Of a stretch of 64,000 bases of DNA, positions 38,395 through 48,155 are shown piece by piece. The notes under the pieces were generated by a model. That model saw only the letters and a list, made by a program, of their open reading frames with translations. It was not told the DNA's origin and did not search any database. The stretch is from an uncultured archaeon (GTDB taxonomy: Archaea > Aenigmatarchaeota > Aenigmatarchaeia > CG10238-14), in the NCBI GenBank assembly GCA_964392445.1, contig CAYMPD010000004.1:26089-90088 (forward strand). The letters run 5' to 3'. Each line of letters begins with the position of its first letter. The first letter of the stretch is position 1. A program made the position numbers and the translations under genes.

Positions 38395-38945
38395 TATTCA
38401 ATCCCTTTTCGGGCAGAAATGTCTTTTTCAGTAGGGCGCTTTATTTCCCTCACTTCGGTTGCGAAATCTGCTCGATTAATTAATTTTTTAGGGGCATATC
38501 TACCAGTAAGATAAACAGTAGTTTCAGGAGGGACTTGATCCAGGAATTCAATGACTTCTTTTACATCAAGTAATCCTTTGTAGTTTTTTCCTTCAATAGA
38601 CTTAGGGCCGGTGATTAGATTTATTTCATCTAAAATTAGTAAAAAGGGCTTTTCCTCCAGTTTTTTTCTTGCAAATTCAAGTCCTTTTTCAGCTAGTTTG
38701 TAATCCTCAGGTTCAGGGTCTTTTGGATCAATGAATTTAGTCGTTCCAAATTGATAAATTTCATAGTTAGGTTTTAATCTCTCCTGAATTTTATATTCTC
38801 CTATATCTTTCCTCCCTTTCAAAAACTGAATTACTACGACTTTTTTACCATGACCCACCGATCTTAAAGCAACTCCTAATGCAGAGGTGGTTTTACCTGC
38901 ACCATGACCTGTCCAGAGATAAACAAGACCTCGTTCTCTTTTCAT
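38391..38945 (-). CDS. cobO: ATP:cob(I)alamin adenosyltransferase (CobO/BtuR type)
   Basis: TGHGAGKTTSALG, QFLKG, ILDEI, LTGR, GIEY. Confidence 0.92.
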   Translation of the reverse strand: MKRERGLVYLWTGHGAGKTTSALGVALRSVGHGKKVVVIQFLKGRKDIGEYKIQERLKPNYEIYQFGTTKFIDPKDPEPEDYKLAEKGLEFARKKLEEKPFLLILDEINLITGPKSIEGKNYKGLLDVKEVIEFLDQVPPETTVYLTGRYAPKKLINRADFATEVREIKRPTEKDISARKGIEY

Positions 38946-38993
38946 TAAAACTCACTATCAATTAATTATATCTGAATCTATTTTAGAATTACT

Positions 38994-39293
38994 TTATTCC
39001 ACGCCCAACTTCTTCTTACCTTCTTTACTAATATCATCTGGAGACCATGCTGGGTCGAACACCAATTCAACTTTAACCCCTTTAACCCCTTCTATCTCTT
39101 GAACCGCATCTTGAACCTCACGAGTTATATGTGAGTGCATTGGACAGAAAGGATTTGTCAGTGTCATTTTAATCTCTACTTTATCATCTTTTACTTTTAC
39201 CTCTCGAATAAACCCTAAATCTACGACACTCAAAGGCATTTCCGGGTCATAGACCTCCTCCAACCTCTCAATAACATCTTTTTTCTTTACCAT
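38994..39293 (-). CDS. SufT/MIP18 (DUF59) Fe-S assembly protein
   Basis: VYDPEMPLSVVDLG, MTLTNPFCP, VFDPAWS. Confidence 0.92.
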   Translation of the reverse strand: MVKKKDVIERLEEVYDPEMPLSVVDLGFIREVKVKDDKVEIKMTLTNPFCPMHSHITREVQDAVQEIEGVKGVKVELVFDPAWSPDDISKEGKKKLGVE

Positions 39294-39326
39294 AATTAAT
39301 TACCCTTTAAATAAATCTGGAGAATA

Positions 39327-39521
39327 TTATCCCCCACTCACACTAATACAACCAACAGGACATACATCAGCTGCTTCCTGATTACAACCTACAGCTTCAA
39401 CTTCAGTCTCTACAGGATGAGCTTTACCATCATCCCTCATTTCCCAATTGTCAGGGCAAATAGAAACACATGCACCACAACCAATACATTCATCATGGTC
39501 TTGTTTAACTTTTATTGTCAT
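39327..39521 (-). CDS. Ferredoxin
   Basis: CIGCGACVSICP...AADVCPVGCI. Confidence 0.9.
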   Translation of the reverse strand: MTIKVKQDHDECIGCGACVSICPDNWEMRDDGKAHPVETEVEAVGCNQEAADVCPVGCISVSGG

Positions 39522-39551
39522 TCTTTAACCTCCATCTTTTTTTACCATTAA

Positions 39552-39941
39552 TTATTTGGTTTTGTTTTTCTTATGTTTTTCCCTGTATTTTTTGATAGCT
39601 TCATGTAAAGCATCAGCTGCAAGATTAGAGCAATGCATTTTTACCGGTGGTAATCCATCTAGTTCATCAGCAACATCCTGTTTTGTTAACTTCATAGCTT
39701 CATCAAGTGTTTTCCCTCTTGCAAGCTCTGAAAGCATGGATGTAGTTGCAATAGCAGCAGCACAACCCATTGTTTCCCAGCCAATATCAAGAATTTTGTC
39801 ATTCTTAACTTTGATATAGATATGCATTACATCTCCACATACAGGATTACCTTTTTTACCAACAGCATCATATTTCTTGAGTTTACCTTGGTTCTTTGGA
39901 TTTTTGAAATTTTCAATAACTTTTTCTGTATAGACACTCAT
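39552..39941 (-). CDS. iscU: Fe-S scaffold IscU/NifU
   Basis: GNPVCGDVM, MGCAAAIA, LPPVKMHCSNL. Confidence 0.95.
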   Translation of the reverse strand: MSVYTEKVIENFKNPKNQGKLKKYDAVGKKGNPVCGDVMHIYIKVKNDKILDIGWETMGCAAAIATTSMLSELARGKTLDEAMKLTKQDVADELDGLPPVKMHCSNLAADALHEAIKKYREKHKKNKTK

Positions 39942-39945
39942 ACTA

Positions 39946-41049
39946 TCACCCCTTAATTGGACTCATCTCCCTTAGTTTTCCTACGATTTCTTTTAGTTTT
40001 TTCAAAGTTATATTTATTTGCTCATTTGTAACGTACTTACTCAACCCCATCCTGATAGAACCATGACTTTGCTCTTCTCCGTATCCCATTGATTCTAACA
40101 CATGACTTGATCTTAACCCCTTTCCTGCACAAGCACTTCCAGTTGATAAAATTATTCCTTCCATATCCAGATAAAGAACTATTGCTTCTCCTTCGATAAA
40201 TTTGAATCCAACTGAAAGGACATACGGTAATGAGTTTTCCTCCGGTGTGAAAATGGTGGTACGAGGTATTTTTTTTATTTCTTGGATCAATTTCATTTTT
40301 TGCTTCATCATTATTTCAGTATTTTTATTATCCCATAATTTAACTGCTTCCCCAAACCCGGCTATTCCTGGGATGTCATAAATTCTAGTTCCTTGGATTA
40401 GTGGTTTTAGATTAATATCTTTTTTCTTATATAATGCACCTACTCCTTTAGGACCATGGATCAGATGAGCAGTAATTGTTAACAGGTCAATATTCATTTT
40501 CTCTACATCTATTGGAACTTTTAGGAATGACTGAGAAGCATCGACATGTAGTAGCACTTTTTGATCACGACAAATTTCACCTATTTTTTCTATATTTTGA
40601 ATTGTTCCTACTTCTTGGTTAGCATGTTGGATTGAAATTAGAACTGTGTCTTTTCGGATGGACTTTTTGAATTGATCCAAATTCACGAAACCTTTGTTAT
40701 CAACATCCAAGTATGTTATCGGATAACCCTCCTTTTCCAAGCTTTTACAAGTTTTAAGTATTGATGAATGTTCTATTTTTGTTGTTATTATATGACCTTG
40801 TTTTACCCCTCTTAACACTTGATTATTAGTTTCAGATTGTCCAGATGTGAATGTTATTTCTTCTGGTTTGGAGTTTATTTTCTCTGCAATTATTTTTCGT
40901 GTTTTTTCTATGACTTTTCTTGAGGACATCGTGAATGATGGAGAATAATCTGATATTGCTACCCCATATTGTTCTATCTGATATTTTTTCATACTTTTAA
41001 CTACTTTTTCATCCATTTTTGTGGTTGTGGTGTTATCTAGATATATCAT
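39946..41049 (-). CDS. iscS: IscS/NifS-like cysteine desulfurase homolog lacking the PLP lysine
   Basis: YLDNTTTT, IEHSS, HVDASQ, AHLIHGPKGVG, STGSAC. Confidence 0.88.
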   Translation of the reverse strand: MIYLDNTTTTKMDEKVVKSMKKYQIEQYGVAISDYSPSFTMSSRKVIEKTRKIIAEKINSKPEEITFTSGQSETNNQVLRGVKQGHIITTKIEHSSILKTCKSLEKEGYPITYLDVDNKGFVNLDQFKKSIRKDTVLISIQHANQEVGTIQNIEKIGEICRDQKVLLHVDASQSFLKVPIDVEKMNIDLLTITAHLIHGPKGVGALYKKKDINLKPLIQGTRIYDIPGIAGFGEAVKLWDNKNTEIMMKQKMKLIQEIKKIPRTTIFTPEENSLPYVLSVGFKFIEGEAIVLYLDMEGIILSTGSACAGKGLRSSHVLESMGYGEEQSHGSIRMGLSKYVTNEQINITLKKLKEIVGKLREMSPIKG

Positions 41050-41160
41050 AAGAATTATTATGGTAATTAGTATTTATATAACAGTGTTATAATTAACCAT
41101 ATTTTTAAGTTGGTTTAAAAATATTTTTAAAATTTTTGGAGACAAACAATTGAATGTAGA

Positions 41161-41439
41161 TTAGACCGAAATTCCAAAATCCTTTATTGCTTCAATAACA
41201 CAGTCAATAACATAATTATAATCTTCAGGGTCTCTTTTTCTATACTGATCTACTGTCTCCCCTTCAGGTAACATACCACTTCGATATGCAAACGCTCTAC
41301 TCCCAAAACTCTGTCTTAATGAGTTTCTCCTATGGATAGTTGCTCCATTAGGTGGCAATATAGCTAATTTATAATCAAGACTATCAAAAAAAGCTAGAGC
41401 TACTCTATCTTTGACTCTAGAAAAAATTCCTTTATACAT
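41161..41439 (-). CDS. Hypothetical protein (orphan)
   Basis: 92 aa ORF. Confidence 0.55.
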   Translation of the reverse strand: MYKGIFSRVKDRVALAFFDSLDYKLAILPPNGATIHRRNSLRQSFGSRAFAYRSGMLPEGETVDQYRKRDPEDYNYVIDCVIEAIKDFGISV

Positions 41440-41570
41440 ATATTTTTAATAAAATAATAATCTAAAATACTTAAGCCAAATAAATTTTTAACCATTCTTT
41501 TCAAAAACCCAGCCCCTCATAGTTAAGTAGATACTTCTTGATGAGGATCTAGGAATAAGTATGATTTTCC

Positions 41571-43676
41571 TTAAACTTCACAATCAGAACATCCACCAGT
41601 CTTACTAATCAACCTACTAATATCATCCTTGGAACTCTTTGTCGTTAATATCTGGTATTTTCGGCTACCATCTCTGTAAACCGTCAATCCTTTACAACCT
41701 AGTTCATAGGCCAACATATAGGCTCTGTCAATATCTTGTGGGTTCGCATGATTGGGAAAGTTAATTGTTTTAGAGACTGCGTTGTCTGTATATTTCTGAA
41801 AAGCTCCTTGCATCTTCACATGCCACTCAGGAGAAATATCATGAGCAGTAACAAATACTTTTCTAATTTCTTCTGGTATCTCTTCAATATCTTGAATAGA
41901 TGATTTCCTTGCGATTTTTTTCATCAGTTCTTCATCATATATCCCTGCCATAATAGCCTTTGCTTCAAACTCTGGATTAACATAAACGAGGTCTGATCCA
42001 ATTGTTTCCTGGACATTTCTAACATAAGATATAGCAAATAATGGTTCGCATCCTTGAGAGCAACCAGCAATAACTCCAATCGTCCCAGTGGGAGCAATCG
42101 TTGTGACAGTCGCATTTCTCATGTGCTTATAACCTTTCTTTTCCCAGACACTTCCTTTGAAAGCCTCAAATGACCCCCTCTTTTTACCTAGTTCTTCTGA
42201 GATATTCCTTCCTTCATCTCTGATAAATTTCATAACCTTCCTCGCCATCTTCACTCCTTTCTCCGAGTTATAAGGAATATCCAATTTTATCAGCATATCA
42301 GCAAATCCCATGACACCCAATCCAATTTTCCTAGTTTTTCTGTTCATTTCATCCAATTCTTTTAATGGGAATTTGTTCACCTCAATCACATTGTCCAAGA
42401 ATCTGACTGCTAATTTTGTGGTATATTTCAATTTATCCCAATCTATTTTTCCGTCTTTGGTCATTTTTGAGAGATTTATTGAACCCAGGTTGCAGGACTC
42501 ATAAGGAAGTAAGGGTTGTTCTCCACAAGGATTAGTTGATTGTATCTCACCAATATGTGGAGTAGGATTCTTTTTATTAATCTTATCAATGAATATCACG
42601 CCAGGCTCCCCGTTCTTCCAAGCCATAGTTATAATCAAGTTCCATATGGCACGGGCTTTAACTTTTTTACTAAGTTTACCATTTCTAGGATTAATCAAAT
42701 TAAAATCATGATTCTTCTCAACTGCTTTCATAAAGTCATCTGTTAATGCAATTGAGATATTGAAGTTGTTTAATGTACCTTCAGTTTCCTTACAAACAAT
42801 GAAGTCAAGTATGTCAGGATGATCTACTCTGAGAATACCCATGTTAGCTCCCCTGCGCCTCCCGCCTTGACGTATAATCTCTGTAGCCGTATTAAAAACT
42901 TTCATAAACGAAATCGGTCCAGAAGCAATTCCACTTGTTGATTTAACAACATCACCTGCAGGTCTAAGATTGGTAAATGTAAATCCAGTACCACCACCAC
43001 TCTGTTGGATTATTGCCATGTTTTTAACCGACTCAAAAATTCCTTCAATTGAATCTTCAACCGGGAGAACAAAACAAGCAGACAAAGACAGGTTATTCCC
43101 CGTTCCTGCATTCATGAGTGTAGGCGAATTAGGTAAAAATTCCAGAGTGCTCATAATCCTAAAGAATTCTTTTTCAATTTTCTCTATCTCTTTTTTAGGT
43201 GTTTTAAAATTCTTTTCAGCCGATGCAACTGCTTTAGCAACCCTTTCAAACATCTGTTTGGGTGTTTCAATCAATTCACCATGTTCATTTCTCATCAAAT
43301 ATCTTTTCTGAAGCACAGTTATGGCATTCAATGATAACTTAAGATCATCCTCAACTCCAAGTAATTTTTTAGTTCTTCTTATTTCCGATCTTTTTTGACG
43401 ATAAAGTATGTAACATTTGGCTGTTCGAGCATGACCTTCTTCTATTAGAATCTTTTCTACAGCATCCTGAACTTGTTCAACAGTAGGTATTTCGCCAGCC
43501 GGTAAAATTTCTCTCAAGTGATCTACAACTTTGTATGACAACTCCTCTGCCGTTTTTCTATCTTTACCACCAAGAGTTCTAGCAGCAGCCCAGATAGCAT
43601 TTTCAATCTTCTTTCTATCAAAATCTACAATTCTTCCATCTCTTTTCTTAATCTTTTTTAACTTTCTTCTTGCCAT
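41571..43676 (-). CDS. nrdJ: Class II (AdoCbl) ribonucleotide reductase with ATP cone, canonical copy
   Basis: IKKRDGR cone, [45 protein letters not shown]-terminal CxxC. Confidence 0.95.
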   Translation of the reverse strand: MARRKLKKIKKRDGRIVDFDRKKIENAIWAAARTLGGKDRKTAEELSYKVVDHLREILPAGEIPTVEQVQDAVEKILIEEGHARTAKCYILYRQKRSEIRRTKKLLGVEDDLKLSLNAITVLQKRYLMRNEHGELIETPKQMFERVAKAVASAEKNFKTPKKEIEKIEKEFFRIMSTLEFLPNSPTLMNAGTGNNLSLSACFVLPVEDSIEGIFESVKNMAIIQQSGGGTGFTFTNLRPAGDVVKSTSGIASGPISFMKVFNTATEIIRQGGRRRGANMGILRVDHPDILDFIVCKETEGTLNNFNISIALTDDFMKAVEKNHDFNLINPRNGKLSKKVKARAIWNLIITMAWKNGEPGVIFIDKINKKNPTPHIGEIQSTNPCGEQPLLPYESCNLGSINLSKMTKDGKIDWDKLKYTTKLAVRFLDNVIEVNKFPLKELDEMNRKTRKIGLGVMGFADMLIKLDIPYNSEKGVKMARKVMKFIRDEGRNISEELGKKRGSFEAFKGSVWEKKGYKHMRNATVTTIAPTGTIGVIAGCSQGCEPLFAISYVRNVQETIGSDLVYVNPEFEAKAIMAGIYDEELMKKIARKSSIQDIEEIPEEIRKVFVTAHDISPEWHVKMQGAFQKYTDNAVSKTINFPNHANPQDIDRAYMLAYELGCKGLTVYRDGSRKYQILTTKSSKDDISRLISKTGGCSDCEV

Positions 43677-43686
43677 AAATTACACC

Positions 43687-45810
43687 TCATATACCACAAG
43701 TGTCACACCCACCAGCATAGCCAGCTTCAACTATCATAGGTTTTTTTTCAGGAGAAGTTTTTTTCTTTTTTCCAGAGTTATTAATTATCTGTTGTTTCCT
43801 ACTTCCGTCCCTGTAAACTGTGATACCTTTACATCCAAGATCATAAGCTAAATTGTAAACATTTTCGATATCATTAGGAGTAGTGTGATGTGGAAAGTTA
43901 ACTGTTTTTGAAACTGCATTGTCGGTATATCTCTGGAAGGCCGCTTGCATTTTAACATGCCACTCCGGAGAAATATCATGAGCAGTAACAAAAAACTTTC
44001 TAATTTTCTTTGGTATATCCTTTAAGTTTTGTATCGAACCTTCTGAAAGGACCTCGTCCATCAACTCTTCAGAATAAAACCCTTCCTGAATTGCTGCCTG
44101 TTCAAACAACGGATTAGTCTCAACTAAATTTTGACCAAGACTGCTTGCAACGTTTCTTATGTAAGAAATAGCAAATAATGGCTCTATACTTGAGGAGCAA
44201 CCAGCCACTATACTTATATTACTGGTGGGGGCAATCGTTGTAACCGTTGCGTTTCTCATGTGTTTATAGCCCTTTTTATCCCAGAGGCTTCCTTTAAAAT
44301 TCGGAAATGACCCCCTTTCTTTACCAAGTTCTTCACTCATTTTCCTACCTTCATCTCTAATAAACTTCATGACTTTTTTGGCCATTTTAACAGCTTTTTT
44401 CGAGTTATAGGGAATACCCAATTTTATCAACATATCAGCAAATCCCATAACACCCAAACCAATCTTCCTGTTAGACTTAGTCATTTTTTCAGTCTCTTCA
44501 GTTGGATATTTGTTTAAATCAACAACATTATCAAGAAAATGAACAGCGTTTCTCACAGTACTTTCCAACTTTTTCCAACTCATTCTACTATTGGTCACCA
44601 TCTTTGAAAGATTAATCGATCCTAGGTTGCATGATTCATGAGGAAGTAAAGGTTGTTCACCGCAAGGATTAGTAGCTTGTATCTTATCTACATGAGGAGT
44701 TGGGTTATACTTATTCATTCTATCCAAGAATATCACACCCGGTTCGCCGTTCTTCCATGCCATGGTTATAATAAGATTCCAAACAGCCCGAGCTTTCATC
44801 TTTTTTTCAACCTTATCATTTCTGGGATTTATCAACTCATAATCACCATCTCTCTGAACGGCTTTCATGAATTTTTCAGTAACACCTACGGACAGATTAA
44901 AAGTACTTAATATACCTTCTTTTTCTTTAGCCATGATGAAGTCGAGAATATCCGGATGATCAACCCTAAGAATCCCCATGTTAGTACTATATCTTTTCAT
45001 CCCCTGTTTTATTCCTCTTAAAGCAGAATCAAATGCGTGAACAAAAAATAAAGGACCAGCAGCAATACCACCAATTCCTTGAACAACATCCTCTTTTGGA
45101 CGAAGATTTGAAAAACTATAACCAGCACCGCCCCCGGACTTTTGTACTAATGCAGCATCTCTCATAGTCCCGAATATACTTTCAACTGAATCCTCAATTG
45201 GAAGAACAAAACATGCAGATAACTGACCTAATTTTGTACCAGCGTTCATAAGTGTGGGTGAATTGGGTAAAAATTCAAGATTAACTAACATATCCAAAAA
45301 ATTCCGTTCCGTCTCCTCGATTTCTTTTTTGGACTTACCATATTTTTCATCACCTTTCGCTATCGCTTTAGCAACCCTCTCAAAAACTTGTCTTGGGGTT
45401 TCTATTACTTTACCGTGTTTATCTCTTCTAAGGTATCTTTTTTTCATCACGACAAGAGCATTAAGTGATAATCCCATATCATCTTCAACACCAAGCATAG
45501 ATTTAGCTCTTCTGAATTCCCTTCTTTTTTCATGTAAAAGTATGAATGCCTTCGCGGTCTTTGCATGACCACTCTCTATCAAAACTTTTTCTGTTGTTTC
45601 AATTATATCTTCTGTCGTTGGTAATTCTTTGGTATCGAATTTGAGTTTCAACAAATCCACAACTTCATTCGTTAGTTCCTCTGTTAATTGTCTATCTTTC
45701 CCACCGACAGTTTCAACAGCTTCCCAGATACTCTCGGTAATTCTATTCTTATCAAAATCAATTATCTCACCATCTTCATTTTTAACCCTAGTGATTTTTT
45801 CAAGTGCCAA
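43687..45810 (-). CDS. nrdJ: Class II ribonucleotide reductase, divergent paralog
   Basis: SACF, TNPCGE, ESCNLGS and C-terminal CxxC intact; QGMKRYSTNM in loop 2; start moved to TTG 45810 (GAGGGGGT RBS). Confidence 0.92.
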   Translation of the reverse strand: MALEKITRVKNEDGEIIDFDKNRITESIWEAVETVGGKDRQLTEELTNEVVDLLKLKFDTKELPTTEDIIETTEKVLIESGHAKTAKAFILLHEKRREFRRAKSMLGVEDDMGLSLNALVVMKKRYLRRDKHGKVIETPRQVFERVAKAIAKGDEKYGKSKKEIEETERNFLDMLVNLEFLPNSPTLMNAGTKLGQLSACFVLPIEDSVESIFGTMRDAALVQKSGGGAGYSFSNLRPKEDVVQGIGGIAAGPLFFVHAFDSALRGIKQGMKRYSTNMGILRVDHPDILDFIMAKEKEGILSTFNLSVGVTEKFMKAVQRDGDYELINPRNDKVEKKMKARAVWNLIITMAWKNGEPGVIFLDRMNKYNPTPHVDKIQATNPCGEQPLLPHESCNLGSINLSKMVTNSRMSWKKLESTVRNAVHFLDNVVDLNKYPTEETEKMTKSNRKIGLGVMGFADMLIKLGIPYNSKKAVKMAKKVMKFIRDEGRKMSEELGKERGSFPNFKGSLWDKKGYKHMRNATVTTIAPTSNISIVAGCSSSIEPLFAISYIRNVASSLGQNLVETNPLFEQAAIQEGFYSEELMDEVLSEGSIQNLKDIPKKIRKFFVTAHDISPEWHVKMQAAFQRYTDNAVSKTVNFPHHTTPNDIENVYNLAYDLGCKGITVYRDGSRKQQIINNSGKKKKTSPEKKPMIVEAGYAGGCDTCGI

Positions 45811-45940
45811 TGTAACCCCCTCATTAATTTGAGAATAGTCTATGATTGAACATAGACCTAAAGGAAGGAAAAATAATTTTCTTCCATTGAATATCAAAAA
45901 TATTGGTCTTTTGTTTTAAAATTGATTTATTGACTGTAGC

Positions 45941-45971
45941 ATACAATACGTTACTATCAGTTGATGAAATT
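45941..45971. repeat. 31-bp direct repeat copy A
   Basis: atacaatacgttactatcagttgatgaaatt; 28/31 identical to 46550-46580. Confidence 0.9.
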
Positions 45972-46071
45972 TATTATTACTGAAAGTCTTTTGAAATTTT
46001 TCCTTTTTATTGGATAGCAAAGATAATAATTAAAGTTTGAAATTCTTTTAATTATTGATAGGTTGATATAA

Positions 46072-46521
46072 ATGTCGATTAGATCCCGTATTAATTTAGA
46101 TATCAAACCTGATGGTTTCAGGGAAGGAGGAACTGCAAATTTAGTTTTAAGAACTGAACCTCTAGGTGAGTCTCAAGAACTTCCTAAAGATTTTGAACCA
46201 ATAGTAGGTACTAACATAGTCTTAGATGGTATTGAATTTGTACTTCCTATTGAACGCCCTGAAGAACTTAGAAATCTTGACATGAGTATGTACGGCGGCA
46301 ACAGACCTGATGAGATATATGAGCCAATAAATGTTCCCGTTTTAGGTCGAACAGGATTGGCAACGAGAAGAGTTTACCCGGTAAGAGTAGGGCGTGAGGA
46401 TGAAATTACAATTAAGACTTTTTTTTATTTTAGAAATAATCTTTTGTTGTTTTTAACTCATAGTTATTCCAAACAACCCGATGGTAGTTATGATCTTGGA
46501 GAGATTAAACGCAGAAAATAA
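46072..46521 (+). CDS. Hypothetical protein (orphan) between direct repeats
   Basis: 149 aa ORF. Confidence 0.6.
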   Translation: MSIRSRINLDIKPDGFREGGTANLVLRTEPLGESQELPKDFEPIVGTNIVLDGIEFVLPIERPEELRNLDMSMYGGNRPDEIYEPINVPVLGRTGLATRRVYPVRVGREDEITIKTFFYFRNNLLLFLTHSYSKQPDGSYDLGEIKRRK

Positions 46522-46549
46522 ATTGTAAATTGGTTTATCTAATACGAAT

Positions 46550-46580
46550 ATACAATACGTTACTATTGGTCGATGAAATT
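46550..46580. repeat. 31-bp direct repeat copy B
   Basis: atacaatacgttactattggtcgatgaaatt. Confidence 0.9.
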
Positions 46581-46618
46581 GTTAAACTTATCTTCTCTTT
46601 AATCTAAAATTATAATTA

Positions 46619-47467
46619 ATGTCAGCGATAGCATTTTCAGTTTTCAACGTAACCAATACCACATCTTTGGTAGAATTCAGTCAGGCTTACGCACAATCAT
46701 TACCACAATTGATCCTTCAAGGAGATATAGCTGCGATAACCATAGGTTCGATTACATTTTTGGTAGCAATATTTCTTGTAAACAAATTGACATCCTTAAT
46801 GTTAGCTTTTATCAAGAAGAGCATTTTTCTTTTCATTACAGCATTGGCAGTTTATTACTTTTCAACAGAATTTTACACTCGCTTGGTTTCAGTTGGTCCC
46901 ACCATTGAAACTATAATTCTTGGTCTGATTGGTATTTTTGTGGGAGCATTTGGAGTATTTATCTCGATCAAATCTTGGTTTAGGAATGCTCGGGAAAGTT
47001 TTGGGGGAATAAAACACGATTCGGATTTAACTGGAAAGTCTGAAGAAGAGTTATCTAAACAAGATATAGCTTCAGAGATTAAATCTTTAAAGCAGGAGTT
47101 TTCTTTCCAGATGATTAAGCAGGATAAGAATCTTCTCTCAGTTTTAGTTTATCTGATCATTGGTCAATTTGGTATTTTTTCCTCACCTACAGTTGCACCA
47201 CCTAATCCAGAATTGGGGTTGGTATTCTTTGGGTTATTTTTACTGGGCGCATTATTATTCGTTAAACAGACTTACAAGAATTTTCGACGAGGATTATTTC
47301 ATTTAATTATAGCATTAGTTTTTGGTTCTATTCTTTCATTGATACTTGGATATTTCTGGTCGGGAATTCCTTTCGAGACTTTATTCTCTATCCAATACTT
47401 CGGTACTAGTTGTGTAATTGCTGTTATTACTGGTATGGCTGTTTCGCTGATTATGAGTGGGAAGTAA
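46619..47467 (+). CDS. Multi-pass membrane protein
   Basis: 282 aa, about 7 hydrophobic segments. Confidence 0.75.
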   Translation: MSAIAFSVFNVTNTTSLVEFSQAYAQSLPQLILQGDIAAITIGSITFLVAIFLVNKLTSLMLAFIKKSIFLFITALAVYYFSTEFYTRLVSVGPTIETIILGLIGIFVGAFGVFISIKSWFRNARESFGGIKHDSDLTGKSEEELSKQDIASEIKSLKQEFSFQMIKQDKNLLSVLVYLIIGQFGIFSSPTVAPPNPELGLVFFGLFLLGALLFVKQTYKNFRRGLFHLIIALVFGSILSLILGYFWSGIPFETLFSIQYFGTSCVIAVITGMAVSLIMSGK

Positions 47468-47468
47468 C

Positions 47469-48110
47469 TCATTTCAAAACTTCTCCAGTTTTAGAATACC
47501 ACAAATAAAAGTCCATTTCACTTGGAAGCACCCTCATTTCCTTTGAAAATTGAAGAACAATTTCTTCGATTTCTTTATATTTTTTAGGTGTAATACTTTT
47601 AGGAACTTCGTCAATTAGATTATGATCGTCCAAAACACGAAGAATATGTCTGTCAAGAATAGCAATATTATGATAACCAACATTCCTGAGAAAGTGACTG
47701 GCTTCCTTGTAACCTATACCTTTAACGTTTTTGGCAAGCCAATCTCTGGCTTCCGCTTCTATAACAAAATTTGTTATAATATCTTTTATCCTCTTATGTT
47801 TCCTCGCTTCAACTATGAATTCTGCCCGTCTTCGATAAAATCTATGTCCCAGTCTTTTAAGAACTTCAGTCAATCTTTCCTGATTCAAATTATGAAAACC
47901 ATTTGTCCTTACTAAATAATTCTGAATTTCGATTCCTTTCTTCGCGGATGAATTGGCGGTCAATATACAAAAACATAATTCATTAAACCAGGATTTATTA
48001 CCTTCCTTATTTTTCTCTTCGAATTCTTTTATCCTTTGTTTAACCTTATTAGAAACTTCGGGATCATTCTGAAGATTTCTCACTAGGGTTTTCAAATCTT
48101 TTTTAGCCAT
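47469..48110 (-). CDS. ogg: 8-oxoguanine N-glycosylase/DNA lyase (archaeal OGG2 type)
   Basis: ELCFCILTANSSA, VKGIGYKEASHFLRNVG, AILDRHILR. Confidence 0.93.
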   Translation of the reverse strand: MAKKDLKTLVRNLQNDPEVSNKVKQRIKEFEEKNKEGNKSWFNELCFCILTANSSAKKGIEIQNYLVRTNGFHNLNQERLTEVLKRLGHRFYRRRAEFIVEARKHKRIKDIITNFVIEAEARDWLAKNVKGIGYKEASHFLRNVGYHNIAILDRHILRVLDDHNLIDEVPKSITPKKYKEIEEIVLQFSKEMRVLPSEMDFYLWYSKTGEVLK

Positions 48111-48155
48111 AGAAATAATTTCATTAGAATAGATTTAATTGTTTGGATGATAAGT

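Noticed and set aside
41571-45810. Nucleotide repeats between the two nrdJ genes as a separate repeat element
   Set aside because: Explained by paralogy
36805-45913. Shared 13-mer tattggtcttttg in two intergenic regions
   Set aside because: Dozens of 13-mer matches are expected by chance in 64 kb
45960-45985. Possible C/D box sRNA (TGATGA...CTGA)
   Set aside because: No C'/D partner boxes or terminal stem, and the second repeat copy lacks the C box
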